Assembly: GCA_965225985.1 (NCBI GenBank) | Contig: OZ245330.1 | Span: 3,612,983-3,676,982, forward strand | From: a bacterium | GTDB taxonomy: Bacteria; UBA8248 | Reading direction: 5' to 3' | Length of the DNA stretch: 64,000 nt | Notes under the pieces: model-generated | Seen by the model: only the letters and a program-made list of their open reading frames with translations | What the model was told of the DNA's origin: nothing | The model's database searches: none | Program-made: the position numbers and the translations under genes | Shown here: one piece after another, positions 10,159-21,748 of the stretch | Layout: every line of letters begins with the position of its first letter | Position numbering within the stretch: position 1 is the first letter of the stretch

Positions 10159-11301
10159 CTACACATTTACCGACTTCATCCATCCCTCGATTTTCACTTT
10201 GACGGCATCCGCCTCGGAAAACTTCAGATTCAGCTCCAACGCTTTATTCACAAGCGAAAGGGCTTCCTCGAACTCCCGCTTTACGACGTGCACGAGCGTT
10301 TTGTTGTAGTAAATCACGGGATCATCGGGCGCCAGGCGGATCGCCCGCTCGAATGCCAGGGCCGCCAAATCGAGCTCTTTCACGCGGCGCAGAAAAATTC
10401 CCACGCTGTTGTAGTGCTGAAATTCACCCGCCTTCGGCGGAAGGGACATTCCCCGGGAGAAATATTTCTCCGCTCCCTCGCTGTCCTCCAGGCTCAGGCA
10501 AGCCTTGCACAACTCAAAGAACAGGGCCACGGATTCCTTGTCCGCCTCCGCCGCCGTTTGAAAGTCCAGCTTCGCCCCTTCGAATTCCTCTTTCTTCATC
10601 TTGGCGCGGCCCCGCTCCATGAAATCCCTGCTCCGGCCCTGGAACATATCCCGCGCCAAGGGCTCGAGCCGCTCGGCCTCGACGAGGACCTGTTCGGCCT
10701 CTTCCTTCTTGCCCTGGTACAAATATACCTCTGCCAAGCCGAAAAAAACGTCGAACGAGCCTCCGCCGGTCACCATGGTTTCCTCGAAAGCCTCTTCCAC
10801 TCCTTCGTAGTCCCCTTGCTCCAGGAGCAGCTTTCCCCGGTCGACCCCCGAGGAAGTCGTGCTCTCGTACTCTTGCGCCTGTTTTTTCTCCTCTCCCTTG
10901 GTGAGGATGTACCTGTCCAGGACCTCCTCGATGAGTTTACGCAGGGGGGCCTCCTCGACGGGCGTCTTGAGGGTGCCGCTGGCGCCCGCTTTCACCGCCT
11001 CCTTGAGAACGCCGTCCTCGTTGGGCCCGCCGATGAAAATGATGGGGGTGTCCTTATTCTTCCCCTCGGCGCGGATGGTGGAGACCATTTTGGTGGCGTT
11101 GATTTTTTTGGTGGTGCTGCCCAAAAGCATGAGGCCGAAGGACTGGAAGCGCGCCTTGTGCAACGCCTTGTAGCCCTCATCGGTGGTTTCTACGTTTGTG
11201 AGCTGAAACACGCCGAAGTGCCTGGTGAGCCGTTTTAGCTCCCCGGCGTTCCCCTCCGCCACCAAGATGGAAATCTCGGTTTCCAGGCGCTTGCTGGGCA
11301 C
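10159..11301 (-). CDS. Receiver-like domain + TPR protein
   Basis: N-terminal REC fold (ILVAE, TPIIFI, GASGTLKTP) followed by TPRs (YNSVGIFLRR, PVIYYN). Confidence 0.75.
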   Translation of the reverse strand: MPSKRLETEISILVAEGNAGELKRLTRHFGVFQLTNVETTDEGYKALHKARFQSFGLMLLGSTTKKINATKMVSTIRAEGKNKDTPIIFIGGPNEDGVLKEAVKAGASGTLKTPVEEAPLRKLIEEVLDRYILTKGEEKKQAQEYESTTSSGVDRGKLLLEQGDYEGVEEAFEETMVTGGGSFDVFFGLAEVYLYQGKKEEAEQVLVEAERLEPLARDMFQGRSRDFMERGRAKMKKEEFEGAKLDFQTAAEADKESVALFFELCKACLSLEDSEGAEKYFSRGMSLPPKAGEFQHYNSVGIFLRRVKELDLAALAFERAIRLAPDDPVIYYNKTLVHVVKREFEEALSLVNKALELNLKFSEADAVKVKIEGWMKSVNV

Positions 11302-11531
11302 GGCATCCTCCCGGAAGGCTGACAAAAACAAAAATCCGTTAAATCAGCCCAATATTCCAATACCCCCATTTGCATTCTAAGGGATTATATGATTATTTTC
11401 AATATATTAATTTTTTAGGTAATTTGGCGTCGATGGCTCGCCCGAAGAGCCCGGGCCGGACGCCGGGGAAGGGGAAGGGGATTTTCCTTTAAATCAAGAC
11501 GATTTCAGGGACATACAGGAAACCGGCCAAG

Positions 11532-12050
11532 CTACATATTCCCCCCGCCGGTGGGAAGGGCGCTGCCCGAACGGGGTCCCCGCCGGGAGAGAGGAATTTT
11601 CGGGAAGAAATTCCCGGCGGCCCTCCTGGCGCCTCCTGTGGCGCGGGCAGCGCCATGAAAGGCCCCCCGGGCCAGTTGCCCCGCCGCCCGGAAGGGGAAT
11701 TTCAGCGCGCCCTTGGCGAGGAGGCCGGCGGCGCCCGCCCCTCTCCGGAACCGCCGGAACGCATTCCGGCCCCCTACCCCGCCCGAGGCGACAATGCGGG
11801 AGGAGGCCGCCTTGGCCGACTCGAAGGGCCGGAGGGCCTGGGCGATCGCCTTGCGGAGCGCCCAGCGCAGGACGACCCCGAAAAACGCCGAAAGGAGGAG
11901 GAAAACCGCCAAAATCTTCAGGGCGCGCCCGGGATCGTCCACCAGGGCAACGCTCAAGAGCGCAATTCCGTAGAAGGCGAAGCCGGCCAGGGCGAGCGAG
12001 ACAGCGAGAAGCCCGCCCGAGCGAAGTATTGTCCGGAAGAGCAACAACAT
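11532..12050 (-). CDS. Hypothetical membrane protein
   Basis: MLLLFRTILRSGGLLAV..: two hydrophobic segments plus a basic tail; divergent from serS. Confidence 0.5.
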   Translation of the reverse strand: MLLLFRTILRSGGLLAVSLALAGFAFYGIALLSVALVDDPGRALKILAVFLLLSAFFGVVLRWALRKAIAQALRPFESAKAASSRIVASGGVGGRNAFRRFRRGAGAAGLLAKGALKFPFRAAGQLARGAFHGAARATGGARRAAGNFFPKIPLSRRGPRSGSALPTGGGNM

Positions 12051-12180
12051 GGCGATTCTCCTTTCGGAACGCGTGGCGGCGAAGGGCGCCCGGCGGCGGC
12101 CATCCGGGGCGCCGCGCGCAGGATACCCGCTTCCGCCCCCCGCTCCAACAGATCGGAAGGGAATTTTCCCGCCTCGTTGA

Positions 12181-13563
<1,383 letters not shown>

Positions 13564-13630
13564 AAACCGCCCCGCCGCCCCCGCGCTTTCTCCCCTCTCC
13601 CGCCCCCAACCGTTTGGAGGGAAATGTCAG

Positions 13631-13951
13631 ATGGCCTGGCTGATACTCATCGTGGCGGGGGCCTTCGAGGTGGGCTGGGCGGTGGGACTCAAGTACACCC
13701 AGGGATTCACCCGCCTTTGGCCTTCCCTCGGGACGGGGGTGGCGTTGATCTTGAGCTTCCTCCTGCTCGCCCAGGCGGTGAAGACCCTCCCGGTCGGGAC
13801 GGCCTACGCGGTGTGGACCGGGATCGGGGTGGCCGGAACCGCCCTGCTCGGGATGTTCCTCTTCGGCGAGTCCCGCGACCTCTGGCGGGTGCTCAGCATC
13901 CTGCTCATCCTGGCCGGGATGGGGGGGCTGACGCTCCTGCGAAACGGCTGA
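13631..13951 (+). CDS. sugE: SMR family exporter, SugE/Gdx type
   Basis: [36 protein letters not shown]. Confidence 0.88.
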   Translation: MAWLILIVAGAFEVGWAVGLKYTQGFTRLWPSLGTGVALILSFLLLAQAVKTLPVGTAYAVWTGIGVAGTALLGMFLFGESRDLWRVLSILLILAGMGGLTLLRNG

Positions 13952-14005
13952 AAACAGATGTGGTAGACTGCCTTCCCGGCGGACGCGGATCGATCTTCCC
14001 CCGTC

Positions 14006-14091
14006 GGAGGGATGGCCGAGCGGCCGAAGGCGGCGGTCTTGAAAACCGCTGAGCGAAAGCTCCGGGGGTTCGAATCCCTCTCCCTCCGCCA
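14006..14091 (+). tRNA. tRNA-Ser (anticodon TGA)
   Basis: GGAGGGA acceptor stem, CTTGAAA loop, long variable arm, GGTTCGAATCC, ends in GCCA. Confidence 0.97.
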
Positions 14092-14164
14092 ATCCTGTTT
14101 CCCGCGTATCCCCGTAAATTCTCCGTAACGGGCTTTATACAAGGGTTTTTTGTTCCAGAAAGTG

Positions 14165-14193
14165 TTGCACGGTCGCGCGCGGTATCATAAAGT
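14165..14193 (+). promoter_or_regulatory. Possible sigma70 promoter of the integrase
   Basis: TTGCAC-17 nt-TAAAGT upstream of ATG 14232. Confidence 0.35.
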
Positions 14194-14204
14194 CCTGCTT
14201 GGAT

Positions 14205-14226
14205 TGATGGGTAAATTGATGGGCAA
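14205..14226 (+). repeat. Putative integrase arm-type site (left)
   Basis: TGATGGGTAAATTGATGGGCAA, a tandem unit with 21/22 identity to 27553-27574. Confidence 0.75.
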
Positions 14227-14231
14227 GGACC

Positions 14232-15423
14232 ATGATGGCACTCACGGCGGCAAAGGTGAAGGCGCTCACCAAACCGGGCATGCACCATGACGGCAGGGGC
14301 CTGTATCTAAGGGTCGCGCCAGGCGGCTCGAAAGGCTGGATGCTCCGGGCAACGATTGACGGGCGCCGTCGCGACATAGGGCTGGGCGGGTATCCGGCCG
14401 TGTCGCTCGCCAAAGCTCGCCAGTTCGCGGACGCACACCGGCTCGCAGTTGCGGAGGGGCGCGACCCGCTGGCCGAAAGGCGCCGGGCGAAGATGCCCAC
14501 CTTCCGCGAAGCGGCGGAAAGGGTGCATGCCCTGAATATGGGGCGTTGGCGCAACGGCAAACACACTGACCAATGGATCAACACTCTGCGGACCTACGCA
14601 TTTCCCATCATCGGCAGCATGCCCCTCGACCGGATCACACGCCGCGACGTGCTGGCTATCCTGACACCGATTTGGACCGCCAAGCCCGAGACCGCGCGGC
14701 GCGTCCGGCAACGCATTCGCACGGTCCTGGAATGGGCCATGGCGCATGAATTCGTTGAGCACAACGCCGCTGGCGAGGCGATAGACGGCGCCCTGCCCCC
14801 GATGCCTCGCTTCAAGAGCCACTTCCGCGCCCTGCCCTACGGCGAGATACCCGCCGCACTGGAAACGGTGGAAGTTTCGCCTGCCAGCATGGCCGCGAAG
14901 CTCTGCCTGCGCTTCCTGATTCTGACTGCCTCCCGCTCCGGCGAGGCGCGAGGCGCGAGGCGCAACATGGGTGGAGATGGACCTCGACAACCGCCTCTGG
15001 ACCATCCCGGCGGAGCGGATGAAGGGCGGCGCGGAGCATCGCGTTCCCCTGTCTGACGGGGCCCTGGACGTGCTGCATGAGGCGACCGCTCTGCGCGACG
15101 ATAGCGGGCTGATCTTCCCCTCCCCTCGCAAGCACGGCTCGCCGCTCTCCGATATGGCGTTGACCAAGGTGTTACGGGACTGCGGGCTTGCAGATCGCGC
15201 GACGGCACACGGCTTCCGGTCCGCCTTCCGCGATTGGGCGAGCGAGAACACCAATGCCTCGCACGCCGTCATGGAGCGTGCGCTCGCGCACACGGTCGCG
15301 GACGCGGTAGAGGCCGCCTATGCCCGCTCCGACCTGCTGGAGCGGCGCCGGGCACTGTTGGCCGATTGGGGCCGGTTCGTAACCGGGACCGCCGGCGCGA
15401 AGGTGGTGCGGCTGCATGGATAA
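14232..15423 (+). pseudogene. P4-like tyrosine integrase, frameshifted near 14945-14965
   Basis: DGRGLYLRV arm-binding domain, ILTASRSGEARGA, then HGFRSAFRDW, ALAH, AYARSD in the next frame; extra GAGGCGC repeat at the shift. Confidence 0.92.
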
Positions 15424-15967
15424 GAGGGAATTCGATCACGCTGTCGAGATCGCGAAAAAAATGTACTGCACCGCGCTCGCCTTACTGGACAATCCAGAGG
15501 AATGGATAGAGTGGTATTATCGGTCGCTTGACCTTGAAGGGGAGCAACAGACCAGCTTGAAAGCGCTAATGGAGGAAGCCCGATCTCCAGACCGGCGAAG
15601 CCAAATAGCCGCGACGGCAGTGAATCTGATTAATGATCGACGCGGTCAATATTCCGAACCCGTGGAAGCTTATAGGCGTCGCGGCCCAAGTCCTGAGGGA
15701 ACAGCGGCTCGCAATCTTGCTGTGCTCTGCGCTCTTTGGTTTCTCTCAGAGCGGCTTGGCCTGAAACCCTTGATGCGCAATGAAGCAAGCGAACCATTGT
15801 CGGTGTGCGACGCCGTCAGCAAAGCGATAAACCGCGGCTACAAGTCGGTCGAGCGAATCTGGACACGAAGAAGCTTCCTGATCCGCCAACACCCATTGAT
15901 TGTCATAACACTCTGGGCTGCGCTTCCTAGCGCCGCGTTCTTGGGAATCCCGCCCGAAAACAATTAG
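15416..15967 (+). CDS. Hypothetical protein between integrase and alpA
   Basis: 183-aa ORF overlapping the integrase stop; lower GC. Confidence 0.55.
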   Translation: MDKREFDHAVEIAKKMYCTALALLDNPEEWIEWYYRSLDLEGEQQTSLKALMEEARSPDRRSQIAATAVNLINDRRGQYSEPVEAYRRRGPSPEGTAARNLAVLCALWFLSERLGLKPLMRNEASEPLSVCDAVSKAINRGYKSVERIWTRRSFLIRQHPLIVITLWAALPSAAFLGIPPENN

Positions 15968-16025
15968 GACGAACCTCATCGGACTAAGCGCTACCTTGTG
16001 GGAAGGATAACGCAAGGGGGACGCT

Positions 16026-16232
16026 ATGAGCGACCGCGACCGACTACTGACGCGCGCTGAAGTGGAAAGCCGCGTCGGGCTTACGAAGACCTCGATTTAC
16101 CGAATGATGCGGGCGGGCCAATTCCCGGAACCGTTGCGGATCAGCACACGCGCCGTTCGATGGTCAGCGTCCGAGATCGAGGCATGGCTTGCCGACCGCC
16201 CACGGGCGAGCGGCGAAACGCAATCCGCCTGA
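16026..16232 (+). CDS. alpA: AlpA family excisionase/regulator
   Basis: RLLTRAEVESRVGLTKTSIYRMMRAGQFPEP..AVRWSASEIEAW. Confidence 0.92.
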   Translation: MSDRDRLLTRAEVESRVGLTKTSIYRMMRAGQFPEPLRISTRAVRWSASEIEAWLADRPRASGETQSA

Positions 16233-16234
16233 AA

Positions 16235-17209
16235 ATGCCCAACAGGGATTTCAGCGGCTGGCATCCAGACCCGGAGAAGTTCCTCGCGGCCCTTCGACCT
16301 TGGGGCTTGAGGCAGACCGGCAAGGACGAATACCGGGCGCGCTGCCCGGCGCATGATGGCGGCGACCCGAATCTCGCCATACGCCACGACGGCGACAAGG
16401 TCTTGGCGCACTGCCATTCACACGGCTGCACCTTCGAGGCGATCCGGCTGGCGCTTGGGCTGGAGCGTGACCCGCCGCGTGCGGACGACAGCCGGCGCAA
16501 GCCCGATGATCGTTTCGTGTATCAGGACCGTCGATTGCCTGGTGACCGGTTTCGTCCTAATCCCGTCACCCCTGACGAGTCCGCCATTGCTAATCGGATC
16601 AAGTTTGCGATCAACATCTGGCGCGCATCGGAACCCGCTATGGGAACGCCGGTGGAAGCCTATTTGCATTCACGGGACCTCACGCTGCGTCCGCCGGACA
16701 CCTTACGCTTCCATGGAAGCCTGAAACACCCGTCGGGCGGCGTTTGGCCGGCGATGGTTGCTCTTGTGACGCGTGGTACTGACGATGCGCCGCTCGCCAT
16801 CCACCGCACTTTCCTCGCCCATGACGGCGTCGGAAAGGCGCCGGTTGCTCCCTCGAAAATGATGCTAGGCCCCTGCCGTGGCGGCGCGGTGCGGCTGGGT
16901 GACCCGGGCGATGCATTTATGGTCGGCGAGGGCATAGAGACCTGCCTTGCCGCCATGCAGGCCACGGGGCGGACGGCCTGGGCGGCACTCTCGACCTCCG
17001 GCTTGCGAACGCTCGATCTTCCCGAAGGCATCCGGACCGTGACAGTTCTCGCCGATGGCGACGATCCCGGTGAGGCGGCGGCCTTCGAATGCGCCCGAAG
17101 ATGGAAGCGGGAGCGTCGGCGCGTAAGTATTGCCCGCCCTCCGCAGGGACTGGATTTTAACGATCTCCTGATGGGCCGGGTCCCCGACATCGGGGAGGCC
17201 ATCGGATGA
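16235..17209 (+). CDS. Primase (Zn-binding N-terminus + Toprim)
   Basis: RCPAHD..HCHSHGC, AIHRTFL, VGEGIET, LADGDDPG, DFND. Confidence 0.85.
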   Translation: MPNRDFSGWHPDPEKFLAALRPWGLRQTGKDEYRARCPAHDGGDPNLAIRHDGDKVLAHCHSHGCTFEAIRLALGLERDPPRADDSRRKPDDRFVYQDRRLPGDRFRPNPVTPDESAIANRIKFAINIWRASEPAMGTPVEAYLHSRDLTLRPPDTLRFHGSLKHPSGGVWPAMVALVTRGTDDAPLAIHRTFLAHDGVGKAPVAPSKMMLGPCRGGAVRLGDPGDAFMVGEGIETCLAAMQATGRTAWAALSTSGLRTLDLPEGIRTVTVLADGDDPGEAAAFECARRWKRERRRVSIARPPQGLDFNDLLMGRVPDIGEAIG

Positions 17210-18900
17210 CCAGCGATCGAGAGGCAAAGATCATCGATGCCATCGCCAATGCTGAAGACATCGAAGCTCCCGTCGCCGATGGACAGCCTGGCCAGAAGCC
17301 GCGGCTTCTGATCGAAAACTGCGACCCGGACCGAACGGTCGCCGCGCTGCGCGATATCCTCTCTCACGCTGGCAGGCTTTATGACCGGGGCGTGCCCGTC
17401 CGCCTCGCTTTCGACAAGATTCAGGGAGGGACCGTTGCCCAGGTAATGACGCCCGACGCCCTGGTCCTGATGTCGCATATCGTTTGTCGCCCTTACGTGC
17501 TGAAGGAGAAGGACGGCGCGGTTATTGAAGCGAACGCCCGGTTATCGCGCACCTTTGCGACCATGTACTTGGACTGGCGGGGCGAGTGGTGCCTGCCGCC
17601 GCTCAACGGTATTGCATCGGCACCGCTGCTCCGTGAGGACGGCACGATCCAGAGCACCGAAGGATATGACGTGGCGTCGGCCATGTGGCGCGAGAACGTC
17701 CCCGATCTGTCCGGGTACGTTCCTGATCAGCCAACAACCGATGATGCGGCATCCGCGCTCCTCCTGATCCGCGAGACCTTCAAGACGTTCTGCTTCGCCG
17801 ATGCCGAGACAATGGAGGATTCGGCCATTCGCACCGGTGTGGTCAATACAAGCGTACCGCCGAACAAGGACGAGTCCGGGTTCCTCGCCGCTCTGTTGAC
17901 GGCGGTATGCCGGCCTAGTCTCCATCTTGCCCCTGGCGTGCTTCTACGGGCGGCGCCCATGTCCGGCGCCGGCGCGGGGAAGGGCCTGCTCTCCCGCTGC
18001 ATCTCAATCATCGCATTCGGCCGAGAGCCGCACGCGGTCACAGGCGGCGCCAGTGCCGATGAGCTGGAGAAGCGCATCGCCGCAGAGCTGATCGAGGGCA
18101 GTCCGGTTCTGTTCCTCGATAACCTGAACAATACAGCGTTCAAGTCGAACCTGCTGGCGAGCGTCATCACTGAACGGCCGGCCCGGGTTCGGCTGCTGGG
18201 CCGTTCCCAGATGGTGCCGTTAAACGCCTCCTCCCTGGTGATCCTCACGGGTAACGGATTGACCGTATCGGAGGACCTTGCCCGCCGCTTTATCGCCGTC
18301 GAGTTCGACCCGCGAACGGAAGACCCCGAGGCGCGATCGTTCACGACCGACATCCGGACCGACGTGACCCACCGGCGAACGGAATTGCTCGCCGCCGCGC
18401 TGACGATCTGGCGCTGGGGTCGGACTGCCCATGGCATCGTGCCGGGCCGCATGCTTGGAAGCTTTGAGCAGTGGTGCGGATGGGTACGAGACCCCCTGCT
18501 TGCGCTGGGCTGCAAGGACCCCGCCGATCGGGTCAGAGAGACCAAGGAGCGCGACGGGCGCCGTCAGGCGATTGCCGAGCTGTTTGCAGTCTGGTGGGAA
18601 CGCCATCAGGACCTGCCCATCGCGGTTCGCGATCTTCACGACGACGTCAGACATATAGCGGATCCGCAGGACCGAGGTCGCCAATATCTGTCGTCGCATC
18701 TGGAAAAACTTGCCGGAACCCGGACCGCCGGGTTCGTGTTGACGCGTCAGCCGTCTGCCGGAAAGTGGGGAGCAGCTACCTATGCGCTGCATGTGACCGA
18801 AGGTGCCGACGGGCATAGGGATCATAGGGGGCATGGCGCTATGGAATTACCGAGAGACAGGCCCGATGGCCCCTATGCCCCCAATGCCAACGGCGATGGC
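17206..18900 (+). CDS. Primase-associated NTPase/helicase-like protein, 3' end disrupted by an IS
   Basis: Walker A-like SGAGAGKG, Walker B VLFLDN, LTGNG, DLARRF; ATGA overlap with the primase. Confidence 0.7.
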
Positions 18901-19309
18901 AAAACGAACAGGGCCGAAGTTGAGGCGGCAACCCATGGGCAAGAAGAAGGGCCACGGATACGCAGACAAGTACAAGGTGCTGGCGTTGGTGGACCGCACC
19001 AGTGGCCGCGCCAAGTCCATGGTGGTGGACGACCTGAAGGCTAGTACGCTGGTTCCGATCCTGAAGCAGAACATCGCCAAGGAAGCGACCGTGTATGCGG
19101 ACGAGGCGGGCCAGTACGCTTACCTAGGCCGTGAGTTCGCCAAGCACGATTTCGTGCGCCACACCGCTGGTGAGTACGGTCGCGGCACGGTCCACACAAA
19201 TACCATTGAAGGATACTTCAGCATCTTCAAGCGGGGCATGAAGGGCGTCTATCAGCATTGCGCGAAGAAGCATTTGCATCGGCACATGGCTGAATTCGAT
19301 TTCAGGTAG
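18900..19309 (+). mobile_element. IS1595 family transposase fragment
   Basis: KVLALVDR, VYADE, HTNTIEGYFSIFKRG, HLHRHMAEFDFR. Confidence 0.85.
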
Positions 19310-19439
19310 GAGGCACGTCGGCCACCTCCCATGCGGCAGGAAGGCCCTCAACATCGACGATGGAGCAATCCCCCCGTCCGCCCCGGCCGCCAAAGCCGCC
19401 TCACACACGTCCTGAGCGTGCTGGCGCCCCACCTCGTCG

Positions 19440-20021
19440 GCATCGGCCACGTCCGCCGGCACCCGAACGGGCGGCGGATCTACAACGCCGGCATCGGCCC
19501 CGAAATCCCCGAGATCTGTTTGTTCGCCCGGCCGGCCGCCCAATGCGCGATGGCGGGTACGGTTTCCGCCGAGGCATCGATCTGATCGCGCACGAGGTCG
19601 TCTCCCTCGCGCCGTCAAAGGTCGTCGAAATAGGCCCGGCAGGTCGCGATGATCGGTGCATCCTCGGCCACCAGGCCGAATCCGTGGTTGCGATCCAACG
19701 CCGACTTCGTGAGGCTGGCTGAGGTGATGACCGCCCGGCTCGCGCCGAACAGATAAAGCTTGGCGTGAAGTTTAGGATGCCCCAAACCCGCGCGCCGGCA
19801 CCGAGCAGTATGCGCAACGCCGCGATCTCGCTGACGCCGTCGGCGAAGTCGGCAAGATTGAACCGGGTAATGACCTGAACGCTGCCAGGGTTAAGGGATA
19901 GCAGGCGGTCGAGAGCGCCCACCTTGATGAACGGGCAGATGACCCGAAGTGCGCTGGCGTCCGCGCGCAATGCATCTGTCAGTTCCGCGCCCCACCCCGT
20001 ATCGACCAGCCGAACTGTCAC
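19440..20021 (-). pseudogene. Phospholipase D-family nuclease remnant
   Basis: VICPFIK..ITRFN, then after a shift LHAKLYLFG..ITSASLT; internal stop and truncation; overlaps the hsdS stop. Confidence 0.7.
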
Positions 20022-21748
20022 GCGGCCTCCTCCCTCTCCTCGCCCGGAACCAACGCTTCGTGCAGAAGGGCTTCGAGGAGCCGTTGGCGGGTGTCGTCGG
20101 CGTTGGTGAGGGCAGCCTCAAGACGGTCGCACAGCGCCATTAGTTCATCGACCTTCGCGACGATGCGGCGTTGTTCGGCAAGGGGTGGGAGGGGTATCGG
20201 AATAGCGCGCAGCTTGTTCTGCGAGATGTTCATCTGCATCACTGCCATGCCCGACTTAGCGGCTTCAATCTGGTCAAAGGTGTAACCAGCGTTCAGGGTC
20301 AGCGCGATGTAACGCGCTGATAGCTCGCCGATGGCGTGGAAGCGAATGAGTTTGTCCGAGATCATCAGTTTCGGACACGGCACATCGACTACGCATGACA
20401 CGCCAACCCGGTTCTTGGGGCCGGCGCGAGTGACGAGAATGTCACCAATTTCCGCCTGATACTGCGGGCGCGGTTCCAGCTTCTCCGGAAGCTTCTTATG
20501 CTGAATTGCGTCGAACGCAAGCGCCTGAACAGCGGTAGTCTTGAGGATCCCCCATTCTTCCTCATTTGATCGCGGGTGATTTTCGCATTGCGGGCTCCAT
20601 CCCGCGTCCATACCGCGAATTATGGCTCCGAGCGGCATCCAGGACCAAGTCTTGGGAAGATCGCCACCGCAATCAGAAGGGTCAAGCGGATTCAATAGCT
20701 TTCGCGTATTGGGAGGAAGATCGTACAGGCCGAGCATATTCGAAACAACCGGCTCGTCCTTCGGGTCCTGTGCCGCCAGCTTGCCGCGCACAGCGAGGTT
20801 GAGGATGGTTTGGCGCAGCACCTTGATCTGGTCAGGGCGGGCGGTGAGAGGAACGAGATTTTCGAGAGCGAAGGCGGCGTGGACCCGGAATATTGCCGGG
20901 TCCGGATCGGGCGCGTCGAGGCGGACGAGACTCGCCGCCGTCAGCCGGTCCCGCGTTGCTTCCCGCTCCGCTCGCGCCGCCTCCAGCCCGTCGCAAAGCT
21001 CCATCAGTTCGTCGAACTTGGCGACGATGCGATGTTGCTCGGCGAGGGGTGGGAGGGGGAAAGGCAGTTGAAGAAAATTCCGGAGCGAGATTCCGCCGAT
21101 CACACCCGTCATCTTTTCGGCAAACTGCGCGTAGAAAAAATCGCTCAGGTAAACACACAAGACAAACTTTGGTGAGATCACGCCCCAAGTCTCATTCGCC
21201 AAGAGCTTGTTGCCAAAACTAATTTCACGGTCCGTCAAAGCGATCTTTCTGCCGGCGCTCCCGCCCTCAGCGCAGATCAGGACTGAGTCAGACCGCGCGA
21301 TTTTAAATCTTTCATCCGAGAGTTCGACCAAAAGGCCGTTTGTATAGTCGATCTCGTCAAACCCGTAGCCAACGTCTTTGGTCGCAATGAATGGGCGGCC
21401 TTCTACCGTCTTTTCTAGCTGCTCTCGCGTTGCCGCGTTGATGCTATTCCCGGTGAAGATATTGCCGGTCTCGCCAAGCGGTAGCCACGTCCAGTCAGAC
21501 GGCGGGTCGAATGGAGCACGGGTGATGGAATTGAGAGGTTTAGCGCGCTTGATTTCTCCCCTGGCTACTCGCTCTTTGCGTTCCACTTCGATCCGTTTCA
21601 ACAGTTCCGACGTCGGTTCGTCGTTTGCATTCTGTTCCATCAGCTTGCCGCGCACGGCAAGATCGAGGATGAACCGCCGCAGACGCGAGATGGCGTCGGG
21701 CGCGTCAGCGACCTGTTCGTAATGCGCAAGTAGTTGATCGGCGTTCAT
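20018..21748 (-). CDS. hsdS: Type I R-M specificity subunit
   Basis: LRRFILDLAVRGKL and two PLPPLAEQ.RIVAK repeats flanking two TRDs; start MNADQLL at 21748. Confidence 0.95.
   Translation of the reverse strand: MNADQLLAHYEQVADAPDAISRLRRFILDLAVRGKLMEQNANDEPTSELLKRIEVERKERVARGEIKRAKPLNSITRAPFDPPSDWTWLPLGETGNIFTGNSINAATREQLEKTVEGRPFIATKDVGYGFDEIDYTNGLLVELSDERFKIARSDSVLICAEGGSAGRKIALTDREISFGNKLLANETWGVISPKFVLCVYLSDFFYAQFAEKMTGVIGGISLRNFLQLPFPLPPLAEQHRIVAKFDELMELCDGLEAARAEREATRDRLTAASLVRLDAPDPDPAIFRVHAAFALENLVPLTARPDQIKVLRQTILNLAVRGKLAAQDPKDEPVVSNMLGLYDLPPNTRKLLNPLDPSDCGGDLPKTWSWMPLGAIIRGMDAGWSPQCENHPRSNEEEWGILKTTAVQALAFDAIQHKKLPEKLEPRPQYQAEIGDILVTRAGPKNRVGVSCVVDVPCPKLMISDKLIRFHAIGELSARYIALTLNAGYTFDQIEAAKSGMAVMQMNISQNKLRAIPIPLPPLAEQRRIVAKVDELMALCDRLEAALTNADDTRQRLLEALLHEALVPGEEREEAA

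Noticed and set aside
13564-13630. Guanidine riboswitch upstream of the SMR exporter
   Set aside because: The gap is short and shows no paired ACGR-loop hairpins or other recognisable guanidine aptamer.
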